64,000 bases of DNA from a virus. Below are positions 16,672 through 26,900 of the stretch, one piece after another. Position numbers and translations under genes: made by a program. Under the pieces are notes generated by a model that saw only the letters and a program-made list of their open reading frames with translations, had not been told where the DNA came from and made no database searches. Positions within the stretch are counted from its first letter, which is position 1. The number at the start of each line of letters is the position of its first letter. Location: the IMG/VR virus record IMGVR_UViG_3300000285_000003, one strand, 5' to 3'.

Positions 16672-17412
16672 ATGAGTTTAACATTACCTACTAGTAAAAT
16701 TCCTGCAGTTTCTGAAAATCCTAGATATCTTATACTCTATGGTCTTCCAAAAGCTGGTAAGACATCTTGTCTTGCACAGCTGGATAATAACCTTATCATA
16801 GACCTTGAGGGAGGCTCTGTCTTCGTTGATGCGATGGCCATCCAGTGTCGTACGATCAATGATTTAGGAGAAGCAGCAAGTGCCATTCGTGCCAAGAATA
16901 AAGAAGTAGGTCATAATTTCTATAAGCATATCACTATCGATAATGCTACACGACTTGAGGATATTTGTATGAGCTATGCTTGTACACTCTATCGCCAAAC
17001 TCCAATGGGTAAGAAGTGGGACGGCACAGACGTAACCACCTTGCCTAACGGTGCTGGATATAAGTATCTTAGAGACGCAGTAAAGAAGGTAGTTGATATG
17101 TTCCGAGATTTGTGTGACGAATTTATTCTTGTAGGTCACGTTAAAGACACCGTAACTGAAAAGGATGGTGTTGAAGTTTCTGCAAAAGAGCTCGACTTAG
17201 TTGGTAAGCTGAGTAAAATCGTGTGTGGATTAGCCGATGCGGTTGGTTATGTATATCGCAAAGGAAATGAAACGCATATATCCTTTAAAGGTGGTACATC
17301 TGATACCATCATGGAGGCTCGTGCAAGACACATAGCCGGAAAGGATATCGTTATTGCAGAAGGTAATGAAGATGGGACACTTACAACACATTGGGATAGA
17401 ATATTTAAGTAA
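16672..17412 (+). CDS. Sak4-like / AAA_24-type recombination ATPase
   Basis: Walker A YGLPKAGKTS, followed by LIIDLEGG and ITIDNATRLE. Size (246 aa) and pattern fit phage Sak4-type RecA-like ATPases. Confidence 0.7.
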   Translation: MSLTLPTSKIPAVSENPRYLILYGLPKAGKTSCLAQLDNNLIIDLEGGSVFVDAMAIQCRTINDLGEAASAIRAKNKEVGHNFYKHITIDNATRLEDICMSYACTLYRQTPMGKKWDGTDVTTLPNGAGYKYLRDAVKKVVDMFRDLCDEFILVGHVKDTVTEKDGVEVSAKELDLVGKLSKIVCGLADAVGYVYRKGNETHISFKGGTSDTIMEARARHIAGKDIVIAEGNEDGTLTTHWDRIFK

Positions 17413-17502
17413 ATTGATATATCGATCTATTCGATCAGCAGCATACTATGCTGAGAATAAACTTGATATGTTAGCATTACGTATATTAAAATAATAGAGA
17501 TT

Positions 17503-18108
17503 ATGTTTAGTACAAAGACAGCCGCAATTAGCAACGAAGAATTTAGTAATAGTAGTTATATGCCAGTAGGCATCAACCAGGATGTCACTCTTAAAGAGGT
17601 AAACTGTAACAAGTCTCCTCAGGGTCTCGATTTCCTCGAGATCGTATTTGAGAACGAGGATGGTCAAACAGCTACTCTGACAGAGTGGAAGAATACAAAG
17701 GGAATGTATATTAAGACAGACGAAGACTTGCAGAAGCGTGATAACGCTCAGTTTGGACGAGTTTGTCAGATTCTTGATTGTTTCTACCCACAGAGACCAG
17801 ATGCAGAGCTTTCTACATTCAAGGAGATGATTGACTGGACAAAGAAGATGCTTGACCCTATGGTTGCTACCAAGAAAAAGCTCCGTTTGAAGGTTATCTA
17901 TGACAAGAAGGGCTATACTCAAGTAAGTAAGCTCGGAATCTTCGTTGAAGACATGTCTAATACAGATTCGCAGATTAAGCTCTTTAAGAACGATCTTATG
18001 GAGCGACCAATTGTTGCCGATAAGGAGAACAACGATCCGCTTAACGTGCCACCAACCGTTACTCCGGAAACTGCGGATGCAGCAGGCGCATCAGATCTTC
18101 CCTTTTAA
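17503..18108 (+). CDS. putative single-stranded DNA-binding protein
   Basis: 201-aa ORF directly after the Sak4-like ATPase. The C-terminus ends in DLPF, reminiscent of the SSB C-terminal tip motif (D-I-P-F). The OB-fold cannot be verified by eye. Confidence 0.4.
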   Translation: MFSTKTAAISNEEFSNSSYMPVGINQDVTLKEVNCNKSPQGLDFLEIVFENEDGQTATLTEWKNTKGMYIKTDEDLQKRDNAQFGRVCQILDCFYPQRPDAELSTFKEMIDWTKKMLDPMVATKKKLRLKVIYDKKGYTQVSKLGIFVEDMSNTDSQIKLFKNDLMERPIVADKENNDPLNVPPTVTPETADAAGASDLPF

Positions 18109-18401
18109 GGGGTTTACGCCTGAAGAAATAGAAATACTACTTGATTGTATGAAATCCGGTAAATGGTTCTTATACTGTCTACATAGCAGGAGTGCCAAAC
18201 TATACAACAAGTGGATACACCCAAGGGAGGTAATACTGCCATGAAAGGGTGTTGGTGGAGCTAGGTAATTCAGTTACCCTTTGGAGGTGAAATGCCTCCA
18301 ATAAGGCTCGCAGGGTGTCGTGAGACACAAGCATGGACGTATGCGAAAACAGATCCAAATCGACGTTTTAATCATGTTTTGTTATATAGACAAAAGTCCA
18401 G

Positions 18402-18426
18402 TAGGGTTCGAATCCCTACAGAGCCA
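18402..18426 (+). ncRNA. orphan tRNA-like 3' half (T arm plus acceptor 3' strand) within a structured non-coding RNA region
   Basis: TAGGG-TTCGAAT-CCCTA followed by CAGAGCC and A. The best upstream partner, GGCTC at 18306-18310, gives only 5 bp over a 120-nt span. Upstream hairpins are GTGTC-GTGA-GACAC (GNRA loop) and TTTTGT-TATATAG-ACAAAA. Confidence 0.35.
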
Positions 18427-18627
18427 CAACATTTCTGATGATAAGAAGAGCTACAGCTTGTGAAAGTAATAGCTCTGTCCGCCTGTGAAGGCCGATATTA
18501 TCTATGATGCACAGTTTACCTGGCATCAGATTTCATACGCGTGTACGCTACGTAAGTGCGGGTTTGAATAACCTAAAGTCCGAGCTTAGCATCTCCGTAA
18601 ACCGCTATACGTCCGTCAACGTAGACC

Positions 18628-18655
18628 TGAGCATGTCATTAAACTGCTCATTTTT
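18628..18655 (+). terminator. Rho-independent terminator
   Basis: Stem TGAGCA(18628-18633)/TGCTCA(18645-18650) followed by TTTTT (18651-18655). Confidence 0.65.
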
Positions 18656-18656
18656 A

Positions 18657-18760
18657 GGGAAGTTAGTCTAATGGTAAAACAAGGGCATTGATAGATTGGA
18701 ATGTGTGCAAGCTTAAAAGAAACACTACCCTGCTTATCGGTTCGAATCCGATACTTTCCA
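18657..18760 (+). tRNA. non-canonical 104-nt tRNA-like gene with a ~33-nt insertion in the anticodon region; identity undetermined
   Basis: Acceptor GGGAAGT/ACTTTCC with one G:U pair. D arm TAGTCTAATGGTAAAAC. T arm ATCGG-TTCGAAT-CCGAT, discriminator A. Between AGGGC(18682-18686) and ACCCT(18727-18731) lie 40 nt instead of a 7-nt loop. No reading gives a clean CUA anticodon. Confidence 0.45.
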
Positions 18761-18766
18761 CTACAT

Positions 18767-18815
18767 GGCTAGATTGGATCCTTGCAAGGAAGCGGTTCGA
18801 ATCCGCACCTAGCCC
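18767..18815 (+). ncRNA. 49-nt mini tRNA-like element (acceptor, short hairpin, T arm) immediately upstream of a CDS
   Basis: GGCTAGA(18767-18773)/CCTAGCC(18808-18814) gives 6 bp. Then TTGGAT, hairpin TCCT-TGCA-AGGA and T arm GCGG-TTCGAAT-CCGC. Discriminator C18815. The primase ATG is at 18830. Confidence 0.4.
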
Positions 18816-18829
18816 CTAACTTATAAGTT

Positions 18830-19801
18830 ATGTATAGTACTAGAACAGCGATTACTATGTCCTTGAAAGATATCTTGGACAAAGTAAATGATTTAGACAT
18901 CTATACGTATTGTCTAGGACAGTTCAAAGTTGGAAAACTAATGAATAGTCCTTTAAGGTCTGGAGATAAGAACCCTTCATTTGGAATATTTCATTCTAAA
19001 ACAGGAGGGTTGTTATGGAAAGATCTTGGAACTGGAGAATGCGGAAACTCTCTGAAGTTCCTAAAAGAATACAAAGGTATAACGACTAGAGAAGAGCTTG
19101 AACGAGAATTATTGAGAATAGTACGCAGAATAAATCCTAATACAATCGTAAGGACAAATACGTACGATAAACCGAAAGGAGATACCGATATCGGAATAGT
19201 TCGACAGCCGTTTACCAATGTAGACAAACAGTACTGGAAACAGTTCGGAATACATATTGATACCCTAAAAAAGTTCAATGTGTTTAGCATTAAATACTTT
19301 CTTTGTAATAGTATCGTCCGAAGTATCTACAAAGAAAATAGTCCTATGTATGCATATAAAGTGTATGATAAGTTTAAGATTTATCGTCCACTTGCTTCCA
19401 AGTTTACTAAATGGCGTACCAATCTGACGAATCGGCACGTACAGGGATTATCCGAATTGCCTAAGGAAGGAGGCGAACTACTCATAATAACAAAATCACT
19501 GAAAGATGTGATGTGTTGCTACGAGATGGGTTTTAATGCAATAGCTGCTGCTAGCGAAACTGTGTTTATACCTGAAGACATACTCAGGTCTCTACGTTCC
19601 AAATGGAAACATATAGTTATACTGTATGATAGAGATCAAACCGGTATGCTTAAGGCTAGACAATATAGTAAGCAATACAAAATAGATGCTTTTTTCATTA
19701 ATAAAAAATTTAAAGCCAAAGATCTATCAGATGCTGTTCGTGACAACGGATTTAGCACCATGAAAGACTGGTTAACAAAAACGTTACAGAAATATGATTG
19801 A
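18830..19801 (+). CDS. DnaG-like DNA primase (Toprim)
   Basis: Degenerate primase finger region SPLRSGDKNPSFGIF...GTGECGNSLKFL. Toprim signature LLIITKSLKDV...ILYDRDQTG. Confidence 0.8.
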   Translation: MYSTRTAITMSLKDILDKVNDLDIYTYCLGQFKVGKLMNSPLRSGDKNPSFGIFHSKTGGLLWKDLGTGECGNSLKFLKEYKGITTREELERELLRIVRRINPNTIVRTNTYDKPKGDTDIGIVRQPFTNVDKQYWKQFGIHIDTLKKFNVFSIKYFLCNSIVRSIYKENSPMYAYKVYDKFKIYRPLASKFTKWRTNLTNRHVQGLSELPKEGGELLIITKSLKDVMCCYEMGFNAIAAASETVFIPEDILRSLRSKWKHIVILYDRDQTGMLKARQYSKQYKIDAFFINKKFKAKDLSDAVRDNGFSTMKDWLTKTLQKYD

Positions 19802-20108
19802 TGTAGTAATAGGATGCCTATTAGGTGTGCTGGGAGGTGCAGTAATGTCTCCTCTATTGCATAAATGGCTTACAAAGAAGCTGACTAAGAAAATTCGTCT
19901 CGACAAAGGTGGATTTATGCGTATTTATCTTCCAAATAAATTGCAGATGACTATCTGGGATAGTTATAGCGATGATGGGTGTATATGCGTATGCGTTCAT
20001 CCTGGAGGCGAACAAAAAGTAACTGATGGCGAAATTGTCTATTTTAATAGAACTTCTGTATCCAAAATAAGGGGAAAGAATTTTTATTATGATAGGCAAG
20101 AAATCTAA
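19794..20108 (+). CDS. small membrane protein, hypothetical
   Basis: 104-aa ORF whose ATGATTGA start overlaps the primase stop. N-terminal hydrophobic helix VVIGCLLGVLGGAVM. Confidence 0.5.
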   Translation: MIDVVIGCLLGVLGGAVMSPLLHKWLTKKLTKKIRLDKGGFMRIYLPNKLQMTIWDSYSDDGCICVCVHPGGEQKVTDGEIVYFNRTSVSKIRGKNFYYDRQEI

Positions 20109-20487
20109 AAAGAAATCCAAAGGCAGAGTACGGAATGCGACAAAAGTCGATAAGTATGGTCTCCATTTTAGGAGTAAACTCGAATGCTATACTTATGAAG
20201 CTTTTATGAAAGCTGGAATACCAGTTAAATATGAGCCAAAGCATTTCGTATTACTGGATAAATTCGAGTATTTAGGTGAAAAAATAAGACCTCTAACATA
20301 CCTACCTGACTTCATTGGAAATGGGTTTGTAGTAGAATGCAAAGGTCTTATGGGAGATTCATTCCCTCTTAGATGGAAATTGTTTAAGCATTATCTTAAG
20401 CGACATCGAAGTAAAATGAAATGTTATCTCGTACGTAACCATGAACAGGTAGACGAGATGATAGAAGAGATAAAAACCAATATTTGA
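20089..20487 (+). CDS. PD-(D/E)xK nuclease (DUF1064/resolvase-like)
   Basis: HFRSKLE...YLPDF...VVECKG is the core motif of small phage restriction-endonuclease-fold nucleases. Confidence 0.6.
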   Translation: MIGKKSKKKSKGRVRNATKVDKYGLHFRSKLECYTYEAFMKAGIPVKYEPKHFVLLDKFEYLGEKIRPLTYLPDFIGNGFVVECKGLMGDSFPLRWKLFKHYLKRHRSKMKCYLVRNHEQVDEMIEEIKTNI

Positions 20488-20507
20488 GTATTATAATATC
20501 AGTAAAT

Positions 20508-21401
20508 ATGGAAAAGAAATTTTTGAAAGTAGGTAATAATATAAACTTTAAGTTTAACACAGATGGTCTTGAGTATGATTTGATTCCAGGAACAGTTTAC
20601 AATATTATTGTAGACCGTTATACTGACACCGTATCATTACAAGAGTCTGGTAAGTTACCTTTGCCTTCTAAGGTATATTGTACATCGCGTGATGAACGTT
20701 TCATAGACAAAGTTGTTAATAGTTATAACCTGTCTGAGAGCGGATTTACTGGTGTAATGCTTGCAGGATTGAAGGGATCAGGAAAGACAGTAATGGCTAA
20801 GATGATTGCCAATAAGAGCGGTCTTCCAATTGTGAACATAGACAAAAACATACGTCCACATATCCTTCGAAATATTGTAGAGATGCTCGGCGACACAAGT
20901 GTTTGCTTCTTGTTTGATGAGCTTGACAAAGTTCTTGCAGATTACGATGATTCTTTCTTATTACAGGTATTGGATGGTTCTGATACTAAGGGTAAGCATA
21001 TGATTTTGTTTACCTGTAATGATGACAGTGAGATATCAGAGTATCTGATAGACCGTTGTTCTCGTATTCGCTATTGGCGTGAGTTTGAAGAAATGTCTCC
21101 ATCTCTTATAATGGAGGTATTAAATGACAAGCTTAATGATAAGAAGGAAGTTAAATCTTTAACAGACTTTATTAAGGATAACTTCGAGGTATGTAGTTTT
21201 GATAACATTGTTTCTTTTGTAAAGGAAGCTAACAATTATCCTACTACGACATTCGAAGAGTTGTTTGAGGATATGAACCTTTCTTCAAAAGGTACTATAA
21301 AGCCTCACGCTCGTTCTTGTAAAGAAAACAATCATAAGAACGTTAAGAAGAAATTAACTTCAGATGATTGCTGTTGTGATTGTTGTTGTGCAGGATGCTA
21401 A
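20508..21401 (+). CDS. AAA family ATPase with C-terminal cysteine cluster
   Basis: Walker A LAGLKGSGKTV and Walker B CFLFDELDK. Ends in DDCCCDCCCAGC. The first ATG is at 20508; the track start at 20484 is TTG. Confidence 0.7.
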   Translation: MEKKFLKVGNNINFKFNTDGLEYDLIPGTVYNIIVDRYTDTVSLQESGKLPLPSKVYCTSRDERFIDKVVNSYNLSESGFTGVMLAGLKGSGKTVMAKMIANKSGLPIVNIDKNIRPHILRNIVEMLGDTSVCFLFDELDKVLADYDDSFLLQVLDGSDTKGKHMILFTCNDDSEISEYLIDRCSRIRYWREFEEMSPSLIMEVLNDKLNDKKEVKSLTDFIKDNFEVCSFDNIVSFVKEANNYPTTTFEELFEDMNLSSKGTIKPHARSCKENNHKNVKKKLTSDDCCCDCCCAGC

Positions 21402-22417
21402 TGATTACACCAAAGTACAAAATACCGGAATACGACATTCCATACTACGAAGATAATACACGTATTAGTAATAGTGCGATAGGCTGGTTCTTGAATAAAG
21501 GGCCGGCCTATTTTCGTAATATGCTGGATGGTAAAGAGAAAGGCTTAGATTTGCCACAGTTACGTAAAGGAACCATGATACATGAGTTCCTGCTTCAGCC
21601 AGATCAATTCTGGAATGATTACGTTCTGTTCGATGGCGAAAAGCCTAAAAGTGCGCAAGCACAAAAGTTCTGTGAAAACTTAATAAATACCGTTGAAATA
21701 GAGCTAAATAAACAGCTCTCAGAAGCCTATCGCAAGTCTTATAGTATAGTTGGCAAGAGTGAAGACAAAATCCTCTCAGAAGCGCTTAAAATAAGCGTAG
21801 AGTATAAGGATTATATCGAAGCCTTAAAAACGAACAAGATACTTATATCTGAATACGATTTAAAACAACTTGATACTATTAAGAATAATGTGCAAGCTCA
21901 CAAATTAGCATGCATACTGTTGCGAAAATCTGGAGAGTACGGCTTTACTCATATATATCATGAATTCCAAATAAATTGGGATTTTCATTTACCGTTTAAG
22001 TGCATTAAATGCAAATCTTTATTAGATAGTTGTACATTCGACTTTCAAAACAAAGTATGTACAATTATGGATATCAAGACTACGGCCAAACTGTGGCACT
22101 TTGAGGACAGTATGAAAGAATTTGACTACTGTAGACAATTGTGTTTTTATAAGGATGCTGTATATTGGTATCTTGCAAATGTACTAGGAATAACTGATGA
22201 ATTTGATAAATGGAGATTCGAGTTTTATATTATTGCTATTGATACAACAGGCAGTAACGAAATAAGAGTTTTCAGATTGGATTCATCTCAAGTTTGTTCT
22301 AGAAACGATGTAATAAATGATGCGATGACAGAAATAGCATGGCACATGGATAAAAATCTATGGGAACATGGTTATGAGTATTATGCTGGAGACGGTAGTG
22401 AAACTTTAAACCTATGA
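21401..22417 (+). CDS. RecB/Cas4-type PD-(D/E)xK exonuclease
   Basis: Motifs GTMIHEFL, IMDIKTT (D-x-K) and QLCFYKDAV (QxxxY). TAATG junction with the upstream gene. An alternative ATG lies at 21395. Confidence 0.7.
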   Translation: MITPKYKIPEYDIPYYEDNTRISNSAIGWFLNKGPAYFRNMLDGKEKGLDLPQLRKGTMIHEFLLQPDQFWNDYVLFDGEKPKSAQAQKFCENLINTVEIELNKQLSEAYRKSYSIVGKSEDKILSEALKISVEYKDYIEALKTNKILISEYDLKQLDTIKNNVQAHKLACILLRKSGEYGFTHIYHEFQINWDFHLPFKCIKCKSLLDSCTFDFQNKVCTIMDIKTTAKLWHFEDSMKEFDYCRQLCFYKDAVYWYLANVLGITDEFDKWRFEFYIIAIDTTGSNEIRVFRLDSSQVCSRNDVINDAMTEIAWHMDKNLWEHGYEYYAGDGSETLNL

Positions 22418-22947
22418 CAGATTTCGACAAAGTAGTAATTCCACTACTTGATGAAGATATACTGCCATCAGATATTGATGAGCAGTTCGTTGGATGTTTT
22501 ACAGAAGATCTGGATCATCCAACAGATATGCCTATAATTTACATGTTGTTCAAGTGTGATAAAGTTACACAAAATTCTATCAACCGTATCAATCGTATTG
22601 AGAAGTGTAAGAACTTGCATATGACTAGATACAAAATGATTGATAGCACAAATTGTGTAGCTTATGGATTTATTCTGACGGGAAAACGGAAAAGTCTTAT
22701 TACAGGTAACTGTTATTTAGACTTAAAAGATTGCTTGAAAATAGCATCTTTTTGGGGCTATAATGATAATATCATAAACGTTATTAATCATATGCCCTGC
22801 GTATTAATGGTGAATAAAGAAATGCCGTTGGAAGATTTCCAATATACAATTGATGACATATTTACAGGCAAAACAAAAGGGGAAGGATTGCAATTGAGCA
22901 GTCCCTCCCCTTATTTTTTTTCAAAAGAGTCGTCGATAATTCGGTGA
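22414..22947 (+). CDS. hypothetical protein (last gene of the plus-strand block)
   Basis: 177-aa ORF with an ATGA overlap with the upstream gene. It converges on the minus-strand block 17 nt away. Confidence 0.6.
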   Translation: MTDFDKVVIPLLDEDILPSDIDEQFVGCFTEDLDHPTDMPIIYMLFKCDKVTQNSINRINRIEKCKNLHMTRYKMIDSTNCVAYGFILTGKRKSLITGNCYLDLKDCLKIASFWGYNDNIINVINHMPCVLMVNKEMPLEDFQYTIDDIFTGKTKGEGLQLSSPSPYFFSKESSIIR

Positions 22948-22963
22948 ATTTCAGATAGAGTCA

Positions 22964-23929
22964 TTATGGCTGAAAACTTCCACCAGCATCAAATGATCCG
23001 CCTCCAAAATCCTATCCGGCGTCAAACGATTCTTCCCCAAAAGAATCGTTGTCGTTGTTGTAGTCGTCAGGCATTACAGGTTCGCCAGAAGAACTTCCTG
23101 TAGAATCGTTTCCAAACAAATGTAAATACCAGTATTTATTTCTGTAGTAATTCTATTTAGCTCTCAATGTATTATAGTTGGCATCTTCGTACAAATTACT
23201 AAATGGAATCATCTTCATCATGTCTCTAAACCATCTGCTAGACCCTTTATATGCGCCAGACTTTACTGTGTCAGTAGGATTATGACCAGTAAGACCCATT
23301 GCGTCAAGCATGTAAGTGAATCCTGTTCCAAAGTCATTCCATACAGACTACAATGTTGTAATAGATCCCACAAAGTCAGCAACAGTTGTTGGGTCAAGAT
23401 TTGTACCTCTAGCCTCTGCAAGACGAAGTGATACCAAGTATAGATACTGTATCCACCACGACTTATCCTCATCAGCTTTCATCTTTAAGAATATAGAACC
23501 TAACGTAGCAGCTGCGCAGATAGCAATATCGGCAGACACTGCTTTAACACCTTCAATTTCAAGCTATGTTATACCTTTTAGTTTTTCTCTCTTTTCTTCG
23601 TATTCCTATTTCTTTGATTGATCGCTAGACAAAAGTGAACGTAATCCGTAAACCCAATTGGTTACATATCTCCTAACCAAGTTAGCTATAGATGTATAAT
23701 GCCCTCTTTCTATTTCTCCGGTTTCATAGTTATAATATCCGTAGCTCTAAGCCTCTTCAGCTGTCTTAGGATTCTTTACAGGAATTCCGTTTTCATCCAA
23801 TTCCTTTACGATGTAATCGTTTGCATTCTGCATTCTTTCATATATATTACCTACAATAAAGTTACGCATCATAAACATCATTGCAGTATACAGATTCTAT
23901 CTAGCCTTGGACACTTCTGTTGCAGGCAT
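22964..23929 (-). CDS. late hypothetical protein (TAG=Gln), acidic SFDAG-repeat C-terminus
   Basis: In frame 2 there is no TAA/TGA between 22967 and 23989. It holds 7 in-frame TAG and ends at TAA 22964-22966, followed by a second stop. The first ATG after the TAA at 23990 is 23927-23929. The start is uncertain. Confidence 0.55.
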
Positions 23930-23989
23930 GACACCATTATAAAAAGCAGTTCTTTGGGCAATTTTGTTCTTTACATTCTTGGCTATCTT

Positions 23990-26900
23990 GTTATTCAAAT
24001 ATTTTGCAAACGCCTTATTTACGGTTGGTAAATAATCACCAGGCTCCCAATCATATGCGTCGTATAGTGTTGTATGTAAGTCAGAATATACAGCCTTAGC
24101 CTACTTTTTTGTATATCCAGCGTCAGTAAATGCTTTTATAAGTTGATTACGAGTATAGAATCCAGGCTTAACTCCAGCATATGATGTATCTTCAAAAAGT
24201 CTAGTGTGATGATAAAATGACATCATTACTATAGAGTTATTCATATAATCACCGAGAGTATAACCTCCCATCATAAGGTATTTAAGACAAAATCTTCTGA
24301 ACCAACCTTTATGTAAACCTTCAAATATTTCAGAGTTATTCTTACTTATTTGATTCATCTGCATTAAGGCTCCTTCTTTAGTTGTTGGCTAGGATTTTCC
24401 TAATCCCCTAAAATTATTCATAATAGTTTTAGGACTCAGCAATTTAATTATAGCCCAGCCGAAGTCTTTCATAGTAAGATATTTACCTACGAGAGAATCC
24501 TTAAATATCTGTAAGTTTGCATCTAATGCACCAACAGTCATAGAAGCCGTGTTAAGACCAAGCATATGGATAGAGCCGTATCTTTTTGCCCTAGATATCA
24601 AGGCTCTTGCAGTATCGCTCTTCTCATTATTCTTAGTAAGACCTGATACTACATTCTTACCATAGAACTATGTTTCAAGAAGTGTGTTTATAGCTTCCTC
24701 GCTTCTCTGACTACTATACTTATCCATCTTCCTGAAATGCTTGTAAACATTTCCTGATCTAGAGCTTTTATATTTATCTTCTCTATATTCTGGATTAAGC
24801 TGTTTCTATATAGCAAGAATTTCCGGCAACAATTCCATTTTACCTTCATAATTCTTAGCCATATCTACAAACTGTATAACATTGCTACAGATAGACGAAC
24901 TTATATATTCTGGATTATCTAATCGCTTGACAAATCTAATAGGAACAGTACTTTCATCTTCTCCGCTAGGGGTAACTCTTTGTTTTGCACCCTTTACTTC
25001 GACATCTGTATCACTAGGCATTATACTTACCATAGATTTACATATATATCCAAACGTATCTTTAGCTGAATTAGGTCCTTTAACTACTCTTGATAATAGC
25101 ATAGCCGTAGTGCCTTCTATCTAAGGAAGCGCATTATTATAGCCAGATTTAATGGCTGGTATTTTTTCATACATTTGCTTCATTGTACTAGTAAGCATGT
25201 CATAAAGTGCTCTGATATCTGAGTTCTAATTTATCTCCTAGTCAAAGTATTTGTCCTTATATTTATCAGTAAGCTAATATCCTGGTTCTTTTCTCTAAAA
25301 ATCATACCTATCGTCATAAATTTTATTTGGCACAGCATTACTTCTCTTAGAAAATCTTCCAGTAGGTTTTAATATAACAGAATTGTATGTATAGCCATTA
25401 TAAACAAATGTGTTACTCTTTGGTGTTATTTCATAGAAGCAATCAAGAGGCTATGGACCTTTCTTGGTAGTCTTAAAGAAGAATCTATTGTCAATAAGAT
25501 ATCTTAAATCAGCATCAGAAAACGTTGTTATATCTTGGCCAAAGAACTGATTAAGTTCTCCATTCTTAGCTCTATCAAGATATTTGTCTCTAAAGAAGTC
25601 TAGTTTACTTTTGTTTAAGCCAGGCTGCATAGCAAGCCTATAAGTAAAGTACTTTCTAAAATCAGACTTCATTCCATTTTTACCAGAATCCTCTATATCT
25701 TGTTCAATCTGCTGTGCATTAGCAAAGAATGCTTCTGAGTCATGTGGTAATCTAGAGAAGTCTTTAGATATACTTCTGTTGTCTTTTGTCAAAGTAAGAA
25801 GACCACTCTACAGATACTTTAATACAGGATCATTATACTAAGACTGACCAACATTTGCAAGCTTATATAACAAAGGATTTATAGCTACTGTAGAATTAAG
25901 TCTTATAAACTAATCTCTCTTTACAGGATCTGTAATTGCATTAAGCTCTTGTACAAAAGCAGCATTATCCTAATCGTAATCAGTCTAATCAGATACCCAT
26001 TGATTGAATGATCTTAACTCTATAGCCATTCTATATTTATCATCTTCCTTCTTTTCTCCATTAGGATAGAATGGATTAGATAACTACTCGGCCTCTTCTT
26101 TTGCAAGCAAATAGGCTTTCTGCTACTCTGGAGACAGATCTTCGTAATGTACTGTTCCGTCTTTTCTTGTAGCCTGTTTTGCATAATATCTAAGATCTTC
26201 GTCTATTCTTTGCTTTTCTCTTATAGTATCTGGCGATAAACCATGACCATGAGGATTAGCAGGTATAGGGTCATTCTTAGTTTTAGGATAATATATAGGA
26301 GCAGAACGCATCTCTTGGTAGTATTTTCTAGTGTACTACTTTATTCTTCTACCATCATCAAATGCGTCCATCTCATCAAGGTATTTATAATATTTTGGCT
26401 TCTGCCATCCAGCTGGAGTATACTTCCATTTTTCCTGGTATACACTACAACCTGTCTATTTATCGATAAGCTCTCCAGTGTCTTCATCCTGCTCATAGCC
26501 ATACTTTTCCATCAAGCGCTATTGTTCTTCACGACGGTCCTGTTCATACTGTCCTTGATTGTACTCGGTTCTAAAATTACCTGTAGCCTTACCATCTTTA
26601 TTAAATTCCATCAAAACCATCTCTGGATTTCCTGGAACAAGCTTACTCATAGCTTTCCAAGCATTACGTCTGAGCGCATCTATTTGGTGACCAATATTGT
26701 TTACGAATACCTATCTATCATAATCGATATCGTTAACCTTATTGTACAATATTCTAAGTATAGGAGAACTAGATCTTCCATACATTCCTGCCCACATCTC
26801 AAGCCAGTTGATATCTCCATACATAGCTTGTCTGAGAAGCCAGTCCTCAGCAACAATCTTAGCATTCTCTATATTACCAAGACCCATGTTATCATCTATG

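Noticed and set aside
1405-20929. Minus-strand and alternative-frame ORFs overlapping the plus-strand genes (for example 1405-1674, 4879-5325, 9129-9488, 12037-12378, 13157-13588, 17446-17922).
   Set aside because: Each is embedded in a longer plus-strand ORF that has recognisable motifs or tight operon packing. They are shadow ORFs.
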